Source: an uncultured Nitrospiraceae bacterium (GTDB taxonomy: Bacteria; Nitrospirota; Thermodesulfovibrionia; Thermodesulfovibrionales; Dissulfurispiraceae). From it: a stretch of DNA of 64,000 nt. Location of the stretch: assembly GCA_963705105.1 (NCBI GenBank), contig CAVPIW010000006.1:416001-480000 (forward strand). Reading direction: 5' to 3'. The stretch's first letter is position 1. Every line of letters starts with the position of its first letter. The notes under the pieces are model-generated. The model was not told the DNA's origin and ran no database searches. It saw nothing but the letters and a program-made list of their open reading frames with translations. The position numbers and the translations under genes are program-made. This document shows, one piece after another, positions 21,661 through 30,843 of the stretch.

Positions 21661-21926
21661 TTTCGACAACTTCGCAAAAACACCCTAAAGATTGTTTATC
21701 TGTCATTTCCGGGCAGACGGGAATCCAGTATATTTTGCAGAGGATGTTGCAGAAGTACCGCATTTGTAGCCGCAGGCTTTAGCCTGCGTTTTTTTAGCGC
21801 ATTGCAAACAAAGGATCGCGCAGACTGAAGTTTGCGGCTACATCATAAACCAATACATTTGCAGGAGCCTCTGTAATCTGGATGCCCGCCTTCGCGGGTT
21901 ATGACGTCTCTTTACGAATCGGTCAT
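21661..21926. mobile_element. Nested palindromic elements (outer MITE, GTCATT REP pair, inner TIR element, GTAG REP pair)
   Basis: Four concentric inverted pairs; see findings. Confidence 0.65.
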
Positions 21927-23026
21927 TTCCTGAAAAGCTTCAGATACTCCCCGTAGCCTTCTTTTTCCAGGTCCTCTTTGGGGATGAACCGCATAGCTGC
22001 TGAATTCATGCAATACCGGAGGCCTGTCGGCGCCGGCCCGTCGGTGAAGACATGGCCGAGGTGGGAATCGCCGTGCTTGCTCCGCACCTCCGTGCGGCGG
22101 CTAAAGAGCTTCCTGTCCTCACGCTCGACGATGTTCTCCTTTTCGATCGGTTTTGTGAAGCTCGGCCAGCCCGTGCCGGAGTCGTATTTGTCCAGCGAGC
22201 TGAAAAGAGGCTCGCCGGAGACGATATCGACATAAATCCCCTCACGCTTCTCGTCCCAGTATTCATTGTCGAAGGGCCTCTCCGTCCCTTCCTCCTGGGT
22301 GACATGATACTGGAGCGACGTCAGTTTCTTTTTGATTTCCTCTTTCGGCGGTTTCATATATCGTGTGCTCCCCTTCTGCGTTTGCGGCGTTTGCTGTGTC
22401 TCCGGCGTCGCTCCCCAGATCTTCATGAGGTACTGGTCCCTGCCGGAGTTGTGCCGGTAAAACTTGTACCGGAGCGGGTTCTTCCTGTGATAGTCCTGGT
22501 GATACTCCTCGGCCTTGTAAAATGTCACCGCAGGCAGTATCTCCGTGACAACGGGTTTGCTGAACCGTCCCGACCGGGCGAGGGCGGCCTTCGATTCCTC
22601 GGCAAGGCGCCTCTGCTCATCGGAGTGATAAAAGATGGCCGTTCTGTACTGCCGGCCGCGGTCGACGAACTGACCGTCCGGGTCCGTCGGGTCGATCTGA
22701 CGCCAGAAGATATCGAGAAGGCGCTGATAGGAGACCTTCGACGGATCGAAGAGGATCTCCACCGCCTCGACGTGCCCCGTCGTGCCCGCTGATACCTCCT
22801 CGTAGGTCGGATTTTCCCGCTGCCCGCCCGTGTATCCGGAGATGACCGCCTTTACGCCATCAACCTCTTCGAAGGGCGGCTCCATGCACCAGAAACACCC
22901 TCCGGCGAAGGTGGCCTTCCCGGGTGTTCCCTGTCCCTCAGGCTGCACGGCCTTCGCCTTTTCCGGAGGCGCCATATTCATGCAGCCGGCGAGAATAAGG
23001 ATTATCCATAGCCATCGTAATTTCAT
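21923..23026 (-). CDS. msrAB: Peptide methionine sulfoxide reductase MsrA-MsrB fusion, lipoprotein
   Basis: Lipobox [46 protein letters not shown]. Confidence 0.95.
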   Translation of the reverse strand: MKLRWLWIILILAGCMNMAPPEKAKAVQPEGQGTPGKATFAGGCFWCMEPPFEEVDGVKAVISGYTGGQRENPTYEEVSAGTTGHVEAVEILFDPSKVSYQRLLDIFWRQIDPTDPDGQFVDRGRQYRTAIFYHSDEQRRLAEESKAALARSGRFSKPVVTEILPAVTFYKAEEYHQDYHRKNPLRYKFYRHNSGRDQYLMKIWGATPETQQTPQTQKGSTRYMKPPKEEIKKKLTSLQYHVTQEEGTERPFDNEYWDEKREGIYVDIVSGEPLFSSLDKYDSGTGWPSFTKPIEKENIVEREDRKLFSRRTEVRSKHGDSHLGHVFTDGPAPTGLRYCMNSAAMRFIPKEDLEKEGYGEYLKLFRK

Positions 23027-23046
23027 AATTATATTATACTCAAAAA

Positions 23047-23300
23047 TTGACGAACTCGCACAAAGCCTGACACAACGCTTGTCTGTCATTCCCGCGCAGG
23101 CGGGAATCCAGTGTATTCAGACTTTCTTTGGTCTGGATGCTTGCTATCCGCTGGGACAAGCCTTGACGGCCTCGTAAAAAGTCCTGTAAAGGGCATATCC
23201 GTCATTCCCGTGCAGACGGGAATCCAGTCCTTTCAGGCAGTTATTTGCACTCTGGATACCCGCTCCCCGCTTACTATCCGCGTGGACAAGCTTCGCGGAG
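23047..23300 (+). repeat. Two tandem partial copies of the TTGACG..CTCG.A.AAAG / GTCATTCCCG..CGGGAATCCAG element
   Basis: Units start at 23047 and 23163; each has GTCATTCCCG-N6-CGGGAATCCAG then CTGGAT. Confidence 0.7.
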
Positions 23301-23357
23301 AACGTGTCAGGTCTTGAAACTTGACACGCTTTTGAACATTGGTGCAAAGTCACTCCC

Positions 23358-23422
23358 ATGGCCAGACTTCTATGTCGTGGCAGATGTTCTGGAAGGATCA
23401 TGCTCCTCCTCATTTCCACTGG
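23358..23422 (+). pseudogene. N-terminal remnant of a DUF4160 protein
   Basis: QMFWKDHAPPHFH matches the DUF4160 N-terminal pattern; no coherent continuation. Confidence 0.5.
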
Positions 23423-23615
23423 AACGCTAAGGGTCGCGTCTACACATTTGACAGAAATGCTTTTTGCTGCATTAAAGAAACGGTCCGCTTGGAACAGACC
23501 CTTGCTGAACTTTGGGCACGTTATTGCCTGCGTTGCCCAGCTCTGTGTGGAGATTCAGCAAACCGGTCATTGCACCGGACGCGGCAGGAGGTCACCCGTT
23601 TATCCTTAGCTATAG

Positions 23616-23888
23616 CTATGCCGCTTTTATCTTTCCATGGGGAGCAGGAGCACCCTGCAACAGACCCTGGCTGGTAAGATCCTCATCAAGGTCAGGCCAG
23701 TGTATCCCGTACCCGGCTCCGGCAATACGCCAGTTCGCCCGTTCTTCCGGCGTAGCATGTAGCAACCGAGGGTACCAAGCCAGGGGGACAGTTATGGTTC
23801 GTCCATCGAAGAGATCGACACTGACAGCGTCGTCGGTGATTCGGACGTCCCTGACGCGTTCGCCGGATTTAGGTGCCGAAGTATTCAT
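23616..23888 (-). CDS. DUF2442 domain protein (putative antitoxin)
   Basis: DGRTITVPLAWYPRLLHATPEER, GIHWPDLDEDL. Confidence 0.9.
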   Translation of the reverse strand: MNTSAPKSGERVRDVRITDDAVSVDLFDGRTITVPLAWYPRLLHATPEERANWRIAGAGYGIHWPDLDEDLTSQGLLQGAPAPHGKIKAA

Positions 23889-24108
23889 TCCATGCCTCCA
23901 ATAGTTCTTCCTGGTGTTCCGATGTCAGTGCTTCCAAAGCCCTCAACTCTCTCGCCGGAAACCCAAGATTGTACGCCAATGCGACAGGCCTAAGCCAGAA
24001 CTTAGCTGAGAATGCATCCCGGTCAATATGCACGTGCGGCGGTTCGTTCAAGTCATGACTCACAAAGTAGAACCTGTAAGGTCCTGATCTGAAGACTACC
24101 GGGGACAT
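23869..24108 (-). CDS. DUF4160 domain protein (putative toxin)
   Basis: GPYRFYFVSHDLNEPPHVHI, AKFWL, EAWNEYFG; overlaps the DUF2442 gene. Confidence 0.9.
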   Translation of the reverse strand: MSPVVFRSGPYRFYFVSHDLNEPPHVHIDRDAFSAKFWLRPVALAYNLGFPARELRALEALTSEHQEELLEAWNEYFGT

Positions 24109-24293
24109 CCTTCCCCTCCCTGTGTAGTGTTGTGCCGATCATACTTCTTTATCTGCCGGCTGCATTTCTAAATCTTATCGGAAACAATGGGGTGAGTCAA
24201 GCAGAGACGAGAGCTGACAACCTCGTATCAAAGAAATCCATCGACTTCTCACAAACAAGTGGAGCGAACCCGGAAGCTGAGATCTCCCCATAT

Positions 24294-24340
24294 TTGACAA
24301 TCGGCATAAATGGGTAATAGAATATTTGTAACAATACAAA
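24294..24340 (+). promoter_or_regulatory. sigma70-like promoter and palindromic operator of the AbrB/RelE module
   Basis: TTGACA-N18-TAGAAT followed by TTTGTA-N4-TACAAA. Confidence 0.55.
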
Positions 24341-24353
24341 CGGAGAATACGTC

Positions 24354-24629
24354 ATGGCTGAAGTCAGGATTCTCAAGGCTGATTCACGGGGTCGCATTGT
24401 TCTTCCGGCACCTTTCAGGAAGGAGCCTTTGTTCGAATATAGCGTGGAAGGGGACCAGATTATTCTCTATCCTGTGAGGACTGTTCGAAAGTATCCCGAC
24501 ATGTCTGACGTCCCCGAAGAAGAACTGTCTCCCGAATGGCTGAGAGATGAGGCCAAAGTTAACGAGGACGCGCGACCCGGAATTTCCGCCTCCACTCCTT
24601 CAGAAGCCCTTGAGAAGAGGAAAAAATAG
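24354..24629 (+). CDS. AbrB/MraZ-like swapped-hairpin protein, putative antitoxin
   Basis: KADSRGRIVLPAPFRK...EGDQIILYP; acidic C-terminus. Confidence 0.65.
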   Translation: MAEVRILKADSRGRIVLPAPFRKEPLFEYSVEGDQIILYPVRTVRKYPDMSDVPEEELSPEWLRDEAKVNEDARPGISASTPSEALEKRKK

Positions 24630-24635
24630 GCCCTT

Positions 24636-24947
24636 ATGCCTGTTAGAGTTCCTCCCTTCAGACTCCACTTCGAGATCATTTTTCTGGAACACTATTCCAG
24701 ACTGAAACCAGGTGAACGAAAATCCGTCGATAAAGCGGTTCGCACTCTCGCCCTGAATCCCCGGCATCCCTCTCTGAACGTTCATAAGGCGAAAAATGTT
24801 GCAGCCAAGTACGCCGAGGGAGGGAAAGACGTCTTCATTGCCTATGCCTCGAAAAACCTGAGACTCACGTTTGAATACGGCCCTGAGCCCGGCATGATCG
24901 CCCTGCGCAACTGCGGTCACCACGAACCCTGCGAGAGGGATGTTTGA
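24636..24947 (+). CDS. RelE/ParE-superfamily putative toxin
   Basis: LALNPRHPSLNVHK, LRLTF, LRNCGHH; directly downstream of the antitoxin-like gene. Confidence 0.7.
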   Translation: MPVRVPPFRLHFEIIFLEHYSRLKPGERKSVDKAVRTLALNPRHPSLNVHKAKNVAAKYAEGGKDVFIAYASKNLRLTFEYGPEPGMIALRNCGHHEPCERDV

Positions 24948-25036
24948 CCCGCAACACGTCACTGGCAACGCGCAACTCTTAACCCGCTTTCGGTTATAAT
25001 ATACGGTTATTTTTTACGAAACCTGATGGAGGGATC

Positions 25037-26662
25037 ATGAGTCAACACTTCGAAAACGCGGCAGCCTGCTGGAAGGTGATTCTTTCTGACGTCAAAGGGA
25101 ACACTTCACTGCTGGGGGTCATCGAGCGCTTCGCCCGGGAAAACAGAAACCCCATAGAAGTCGTCTTCGGTACGTCGGGATGGAGGGGCGAGATCGGCAC
25201 CGATTTCACCTTCCACAACGTCAGGATCGTCACGGCGGCGATCGTCGAGATGTTCCGGCGCCAGGACCCGGCGGTCATGAAGGCCATGGGCGTGCCGGAT
25301 TTCGACGAGATCTGCAGGAGAGGCGTTGTCGTCGGTCATGACAACCGTTTCCTCGGTCCCGAGTTCGCCATGGAGGTCATCGGCCTGCTCAACCGGGCGG
25401 GCATCCGGACGTGGTATGCGGGGGAAACGCCGACACCGGAGTTTTCGACGGCCGTGGAAATGCTTCAGGCGGCATGCTCCGTCAATCTGACGCCGTCCCA
25501 TAACCCGGCGAACTACGCGGGCTTCAAGTTCAATCCCTCCGACGGCGGGCCGGCAGGCCCGGAGATCACGAAAAAAATAGAAGAGATCGCCAATGAGATG
25601 ATGAGAGCCGGGGCGGACGTCCGGCCCGTCCCTGCCGGAAAGGTTGAGCCTGTTGACACCGCCGATCTCTATATCAAATACGTGACGGAACGGAAGACCC
25701 TGGACCTGGACCGCATACGCAGGTTCGTTGCCGAAGGAGACCTCATCGTCTGCGTCGACAACGTGCACGGCTCGACGCGGGGGCGGATCGAGCGGCTTCT
25801 CGGCCAGAGCGACAAGATCGTCTATCTGAGGAAGGAGAACGATTTTCTCTTCGGCGGCGTCGCCCCTGAACCCTCGGAGAAGAACATGGAAGGCGTCGAT
25901 GCCGTGCTCAGGAAGAGCGGGGCCCGGTTCAAACTGGGCGTCATCATGGATCCCGACGGAGACCGCATCCGCCATTCCGACGGAGTGGTGCAGGTACCGA
26001 TGAACTATTTCGGGGCCCTGGCGTTTCACTTCCTTCATGTTCATAAGGGATTTCGGGGCATCATCGCCAAGTCCGTGGCGACGAGCAATTTCGTCAATGC
26101 CATCGCCGAAAAACTCGGCGTCCCCGTGCGTGAGACGGAGGTGGGCTTCAAGAATTTCAGACCCTACATGCTGAAAACATCGCCCGAGCGGGCCGTCATC
26201 GCCTTCGAGGAATCGGACGGCATTTCAGGGTTCAATCATACTCTCGAAAAGGACGCCCTCTTCGGGTTTCTTATCGCTCTTGAAATGATGGCGGTGTCCG
26301 GAAAGAACCTGAGCGCATACCTGAGAGACACGATGGCCGAATTCGGAGCCTATTATCCCGACAGGTCGGGCATCTCCGTCGACCGCTCACTGGTCGGTGC
26401 ACCCCTCCTGAAGAAACTCTCGTCCATCCGCGATAGGTTCGCCGTCGGTACGGATGTTGACACTGCGGGCGTCCGGAGAGTCGTCAGAGATGTCATCACC
26501 GTTGACGGCACCAAGATCGTCCTCGACGACGGGTCCTGGCTCATGATCCGCCCCTCGGGAACGGAACCGAAAGTCAGGTTCTACATCGAGGCGAGAACAG
26601 AGGAGCAGAAACGGGCCCTCTTCGAGACTGCGGAACGGATGACGAAGGAGGCACTCAGCTAA
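25037..26662 (+). CDS. Phosphoglucomutase/phosphomannomutase family
   Basis: FGTSGWRG, TPSHNP, DPDGDR, FEESDG, IRPSGTEPKVRFY. Confidence 0.93.
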   Translation: MSQHFENAAACWKVILSDVKGNTSLLGVIERFARENRNPIEVVFGTSGWRGEIGTDFTFHNVRIVTAAIVEMFRRQDPAVMKAMGVPDFDEICRRGVVVGHDNRFLGPEFAMEVIGLLNRAGIRTWYAGETPTPEFSTAVEMLQAACSVNLTPSHNPANYAGFKFNPSDGGPAGPEITKKIEEIANEMMRAGADVRPVPAGKVEPVDTADLYIKYVTERKTLDLDRIRRFVAEGDLIVCVDNVHGSTRGRIERLLGQSDKIVYLRKENDFLFGGVAPEPSEKNMEGVDAVLRKSGARFKLGVIMDPDGDRIRHSDGVVQVPMNYFGALAFHFLHVHKGFRGIIAKSVATSNFVNAIAEKLGVPVRETEVGFKNFRPYMLKTSPERAVIAFEESDGISGFNHTLEKDALFGFLIALEMMAVSGKNLSAYLRDTMAEFGAYYPDRSGISVDRSLVGAPLLKKLSSIRDRFAVGTDVDTAGVRRVVRDVITVDGTKIVLDDGSWLMIRPSGTEPKVRFYIEARTEEQKRALFETAERMTKEALS

Positions 26663-26663
26663 A

Positions 26664-26876
26664 AGTCACGGGTTGCGAGTTACGGGTTGCGGGCTTGAAA
26701 AGCAGAATACAGAATATAGAATTCAGAATATAGCATAGAGCAGAACGGACAGGAAGACACGGGGTGACGGGTTATGAGATAAGACAGTTCCGAGGACTCA
26801 GGACTGAGGACTTAGTTTTATGGCCGTTAACTCGGAACCCGCAACTCGTAACAGTCTTTCCTTCTGACTCGTAACT
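26664..26876. repeat. Mixed heptamer arrays in inverted arrangement between convergent pgm and recR
   Basis: GTTGCGA GTTACGG GTTGCGG; AGAATAC AGAATAT AGAATTC; AGGACTC AGGACTG; AACTCGG AACCCGC AACTCGT. Confidence 0.75.
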
Positions 26877-26880
26877 ATTC

Positions 26881-27471
26881 TCACATATCCCTTCTCCCCT
26901 CCAGGGCCTTTGAGAGGGTGACCTCGTCGGCGAATTCGATGTCGCTGCCGATGGGAAGGCCGTAGGCGATCCGTGTCGTTTTCACCCCGAGGGGACGCAG
27001 GAGCTCCGTGATGTGCTGGGCCGTCAACTCTCCCTTCGTATTGGGATTCGTCGCAAGGATGACCTCCCGGACCCCCTCACGGCTTATACGGTCGAGGAGC
27101 TCCCGGATCTTCAGCCGGTCCGGCGTGATCCCGTCGACGGGAGACAGTGCGCCGAGCAGCACGTGGTAGGTGCCGCGGAAAACTCCCGTCCGCTCGATGG
27201 CAAGGACGTTGCTTGGCTCTTCGACGACGCAGATCCTGCTGTCCCTGGAAGGGTTGCTGCAGATCGCACAGGGGTCCCGGTCCGTGATGTTGAAGCACCG
27301 CGAGCAGAATCGGGCCTTTTCCTTGACGTCGAGAATCGCCCGGGCGATCGCCTCAGCGTCTCCGCCATGCATGGCGAGGATGTGAAAGGCGAGGCGTTGG
27401 GCCGTCTTCCTCCCGATCCCCGGGAGTTTTGAGAGCTGAACGATCAGGTTCTCAATGATGCCCTGTGACAT
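26881..27471 (-). CDS. recR: Recombination mediator RecR
   Basis: LPGIGRKTAQRLAF, CSRCFN..CAIC, EVILATNP, EFADEVTL. Confidence 0.97.
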   Translation of the reverse strand: MSQGIIENLIVQLSKLPGIGRKTAQRLAFHILAMHGGDAEAIARAILDVKEKARFCSRCFNITDRDPCAICSNPSRDSRICVVEEPSNVLAIERTGVFRGTYHVLLGALSPVDGITPDRLKIRELLDRISREGVREVILATNPNTKGELTAQHITELLRPLGVKTTRIAYGLPIGSDIEFADEVTLSKALEGRRDM

Positions 27472-27472
27472 G

Positions 27473-27811
27473 TTACTTCAGAAGGTTGCCCAATCCGCCC
27501 ATGCCGGGAATCTGCAGTCCCATCGTGAGCTTCGACATCTCATCGTTGACCATCTGCTGAGCCCGCCTGAGGGCCTCGTTCGCTGCAGCAAGGATAAGAT
27601 CCTGGAGCATCTCGACGTCATCAGGGTTGACGACGTCTTTCTCTATCTTGATGGAAACGAGCTCTCCGCCGCCGCTTGCAACGGCCGTCACCATCCCGCC
27701 GCCGGACGTCGCCTCGACGGTCTTCTGTTTCGCCTCCTCCTGCATGCGCTGCATCTCGGACTGCAGTTTCTGGGCCTCGCGCATGATATCGCCAAGCATC
27801 TTTTTCGACAT
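27473..27811 (-). CDS. ybaB: YbaB/EbfC nucleoid-associated protein
   Basis: SGGGMV, DVEMLQDLILAAAN; dnaX-ybaB-recR synteny. Confidence 0.95.
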   Translation of the reverse strand: MSKKMLGDIMREAQKLQSEMQRMQEEAKQKTVEATSGGGMVTAVASGGGELVSIKIEKDVVNPDDVEMLQDLILAAANEALRRAQQMVNDEMSKLTMGLQIPGMGGLGNLLK

Positions 27812-27830
27812 GTCTTCCTCCTTTCAAACA

Positions 27831-27908
27831 CAGGCTGAAGCCTGCGGCTACCTCAAAAAACGCACTTTAAAAACGCAGGCGAAAGCCTGCGACTACAAAG
27901 GCGACTAC
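27831..27908 (-). repeat. Two tandem GTAG-type REP palindromes
   Basis: Reverse complements GTAGCCGCAGGCTTCAGCCTG (27831-27851) and GTAGTCGCAGGCTTTCGCCTGCG (27874-27896); same family as 21766-21841. Confidence 0.7.
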
Positions 27909-27963
27909 AAACACGGCCGCATTCCCCCTTAGAAAAGGGGGACACAGGGGGTTGTTCTTTCCC

Positions 27964-29649
27964 TCACTGTTCGTTGTTCGTCTTCCCATGAGGGATGACA
28001 TCGACGATTCTTCCCTCGAAGAGGTCGAGGACCTCCCGGACGACGGGGTCTCTGAGGGCCCTTTCCGTCAGGCTCTTCCTGTTTTCCGTTTTGCCCTGTT
28101 CTGTCTCCACCCTGATCGGAACAGTCTTTCCTGCCAGCTCTGACAGTATGCCGCTGATGACGGGAAGGTTCTCCTTCACCGATTCGGCGTGGATGGACAG
28201 GCCGCCGTCAAAGACGATGAGGATGCCGTCGCCGGGAAAGGAGACCGTTCCTTCCCTGATCTTGCACACCAGGAGGTGATGCTGTTCTTCCAGTTTTCCG
28301 AGCGCCTCTTCCCACGCCTGCGGGAGCGGCAGTTCCTTCCGGCTTGCCGGCGTTTCCCTGTCCGGCTTCTTCATTTCTGAGGGCACGCTCAGGGGCGTCG
28401 GGGCCTGCACGCGCCGGGCGATCTTCTCGACCTTTTCCGTGACATCATCTTTTGCCCGCACAGCGCGGCGGCTGACCGGCTCAGCCGTTTTCAGGAGAGG
28501 CCTGTCCCGGGCAGGGGCGTCATCGGAACGGATCATCCTGAGGGCGTCGCCGACGGCTGTGAAGTGACTGAGCAGGCTCAGGCGGATGAGGGCTATTTCA
28601 AGGGCGACGCGCGGGTGAAAGGCGTTCTTCACAGCCTGCTCCGACCTGATGAGCTCCGACAGGATGATTGCCAGGTGTTCCTCTCCCGTCGTCTCCGCAA
28701 GCTGCCTGATGAGCAGCAACTCCTCTTCGCCAAGGTCGACGGTCTGTCCGCCGCCGCCCACGATCTTGAAGACAAGAAGATTGCGGACGAACTGCAGGAG
28801 GTCCTTCGTAAGGGTCCTGAGGTCCGTCCCTCCGTCGGTCAGTTCGGCGACGGTGTTGATGATGGTTTGCCTGTCTCCCGTGATGACCGCTTCCGTAAGC
28901 TTCGCGATCGGCCCGAGGTCTGTGTAACCGAGCAGGTCCGATATCTCCCTGGGCGTGATGTCCTCGGAAAACGAGGCGACCTGGTCGAGGATGGTCAGGG
29001 AATCGCGCATGCTGCCGTCCGCCGCCCGGGCGATCATGTCCAGGGCGGGGTCGGTGACCGAAATACCCTCCTGTGAGGTAATGACCCGCAGTCGCTCCCT
29101 GATCTTCTGTGACGACAGCCGCCGGAAGGGCAGGTGCTGGCAGCGGGAAAGGACGGTGGCGGGGATCTTTTTCGGCTCCGTCGTGGCGAGAACGAAGACG
29201 ACATGGGCCGGGGGCTCTTCGAGGGTTTTAAGCAGGGCGTTGAAGGCTGCCGTCGAGAGCATGTGCGCTTCGTCGATAATGTAGACCTTGTACCTGCCTC
29301 CCGATGGGGCGTAACGGATTCTCTCCCGGAGGTCACGGATGTTGTCGACACCCGTGTTTGAGGCGCCGTCGATTTCAGAGACGTCGATCGATGAGCCTTC
29401 GGCGATGGACAGACAGGAGGGACAGCGGCCGCAGGGCTCCGGCGTCGTGCCCTCGGCGCAGTTCAGGGCCTTTGCGAGGATCCGGGCCGTCGAGGTCTTG
29501 CCCACCCCCCGGGGGCCGGAAAAGATGTAGGCGTGGGCTACCTTGTTCTGGCGGATGGCGTTGCTGAGGACATGGGCGATCGATTCCTGGCCGATGAGAT
29601 CGTCAAAGGTCTGGGGCCGCCACTTTCTCGCCAATACAAGATATGCCAT
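27964..29649 (-). CDS. dnaX: DNA polymerase III subunit gamma/tau
   Basis: LARKWRPQTF, GPRGVGKT, EIDGASN, IIDEAHML, SRC. Confidence 0.97.
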   Translation of the reverse strand: MAYLVLARKWRPQTFDDLIGQESIAHVLSNAIRQNKVAHAYIFSGPRGVGKTSTARILAKALNCAEGTTPEPCGRCPSCLSIAEGSSIDVSEIDGASNTGVDNIRDLRERIRYAPSGGRYKVYIIDEAHMLSTAAFNALLKTLEEPPAHVVFVLATTEPKKIPATVLSRCQHLPFRRLSSQKIRERLRVITSQEGISVTDPALDMIARAADGSMRDSLTILDQVASFSEDITPREISDLLGYTDLGPIAKLTEAVITGDRQTIINTVAELTDGGTDLRTLTKDLLQFVRNLLVFKIVGGGGQTVDLGEEELLLIRQLAETTGEEHLAIILSELIRSEQAVKNAFHPRVALEIALIRLSLLSHFTAVGDALRMIRSDDAPARDRPLLKTAEPVSRRAVRAKDDVTEKVEKIARRVQAPTPLSVPSEMKKPDRETPASRKELPLPQAWEEALGKLEEQHHLLVCKIREGTVSFPGDGILIVFDGGLSIHAESVKENLPVISGILSELAGKTVPIRVETEQGKTENRKSLTERALRDPVVREVLDLFEGRIVDVIPHGKTNNEQ

Positions 29650-29683
29650 GTTTCGCTGTTGTCAGATTTCGTTAGATTAGTAG

Positions 29684-29858
29684 ACCATGTTGTTGCATAA
29701 TAAGGCGGAGCGAAGCGCTCTGAAAAATAGTGCCAGTGACAGTGTGAGTGTCAGCATATGTCCACCTTTCTTGTTACGGTTTCGGTGTCGCCGCACCAAG
29801 GTTTTCGGCGCATTCACCCCAACCCCGCCTTTCCCGTGTGCGTTTGCGACAATAAGGT
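29684..29858 (-). mobile_element. Dispersed TIR element copy 4, arms A-X
   Basis: ACCATGTTGTTGCA ... GACAATAAGGT; GTGTGAGTGTCAG array; CCCCGCCTTTCC. Confidence 0.75.
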
Positions 29859-29974
29859 AGATTGTGAGTGCCGGGATGACCGGCTCGTGTGATGGACCGT
29901 CACAGGCCGTCAGGGAACCTCCGTCCTGTCTTCTCTCCACCCGGGAGCCGGCTCTGGCGCTGAATCAAAAATAT

Positions 29975-30071
29975 GGGACCGGCTTGCTGCGGCACACAGA
30001 CAAAATGCTTACCGTTGCTTCCTTCCGAACCTGGCGGAGTTCACATCGGCCTGTTGCGCAGGGCCAGCCCC
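29975..30071 (-). ncRNA. ffs: SRP RNA (4.5S) core
   Basis: Minus strand GTGAACTCCGCCAGGTTCGGAAGGAAGCAACGGTAAGC helix-8 motif, closing stem GGGGCTGG/CCGGTCCC; upstream of dnaX. Confidence 0.92.
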
Positions 30072-30116
30072 CGGCTGCAGAGAAGACGACTATTCATCGG
30101 AGATACCCGTTCAGAC

Positions 30117-30208
30117 TGGCGGAGAGGGAGGGGTTCGAACCCTCGGTGAGGTGTTAGCCCCACACACGATTTCCAGTCGTGCTCCTTCAGCCGCTCGGAC
30201 ACCTCTCC
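30117..30208 (-). tRNA. tRNA-Ser(GGA)
   Basis: Acceptor GGAGAGG/CCTCTCC-GCCA, anticodon arm CACGA-CTGGAAA-TCGTG, long variable arm, GTTCGAAC T-loop. Confidence 0.97.
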
Positions 30209-30262
30209 ATCATCTTTAAACCATTAATGCTAAACTCTGAACGCTCTTTTTGTCAAAAGGAT

Positions 30263-30592
30263 TCACTGGCCCCGGGGCGCCCGCTTCGCCTCGCGCTCTT
30301 CCCTGGTCATGCCCATCTCGAGAAGCATCGAGTCCAGTTCCTGGTATTTTTTGATCTTCACCTCTTCCCGGCAGATCTCGAGTTCATAGGCGTTCTTCGC
30401 CTCGGAAACGCAGCCTCTCGTCTTTTTCAGGCCCTGAACGAGCGTCTCGATGTCTTCCAGGATGACGGCCTTTGTCTTTTCGAGGTCTTCCTGGCCATCC
30501 TGTTTTTCCTGGGCGAAAGCGGGAAAAATGGGGAGGAGCGCCAGGGCCACGGAGATGATCACGGAAAGAAAAAGGGTGTGATGTCTGTTCAT
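30263..30592 (-). CDS. Hypothetical secreted protein
   Basis: RBS AAGGAGG, signal peptide ending AFA, helical region with two Cys. Confidence 0.7.
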   Translation of the reverse strand: MNRHHTLFLSVIISVALALLPIFPAFAQEKQDGQEDLEKTKAVILEDIETLVQGLKKTRGCVSEAKNAYELEICREEVKIKKYQELDSMLLEMGMTREEREAKRAPRGQ

Positions 30593-30654
30593 GATCCGCC
30601 TCCTTGCGATAGTCGTACATTATACCATCAGGGGTCACCGATTAGCGATGAGAG

Positions 30655-30808
30655 CCCGAGTTGCGGGTTACGAGTCACACGTTACGAGTTGAAAGAGGGT
30701 GAGACCGCAACCTGCATGACCCGTAACCGCAACCCGCAACCTATCGCCCGGTTTCCCTCTTGTCCGTTCTACTGTATTCTAGTCTACTGTCTACTGTATT
30801 CTGTCTTT
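30655..30808. repeat. Mixed heptamer arrays
   Basis: GTTGCGG GTTACGA...; GACCCGT AACCGC AACCCGC; TCTACTG TATTCTA ... TCTACTG TATTCTG. Confidence 0.7.
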
Positions 30809-30843
30809 ATTTTCCATTGCTTTCACGGGAGAAAAATATTATT

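Noticed and set aside
27964..29649. Programmed frameshift in dnaX
   Set aside because: No A-AAA-AAG heptamer or long A run noticed; the ORF is continuous.
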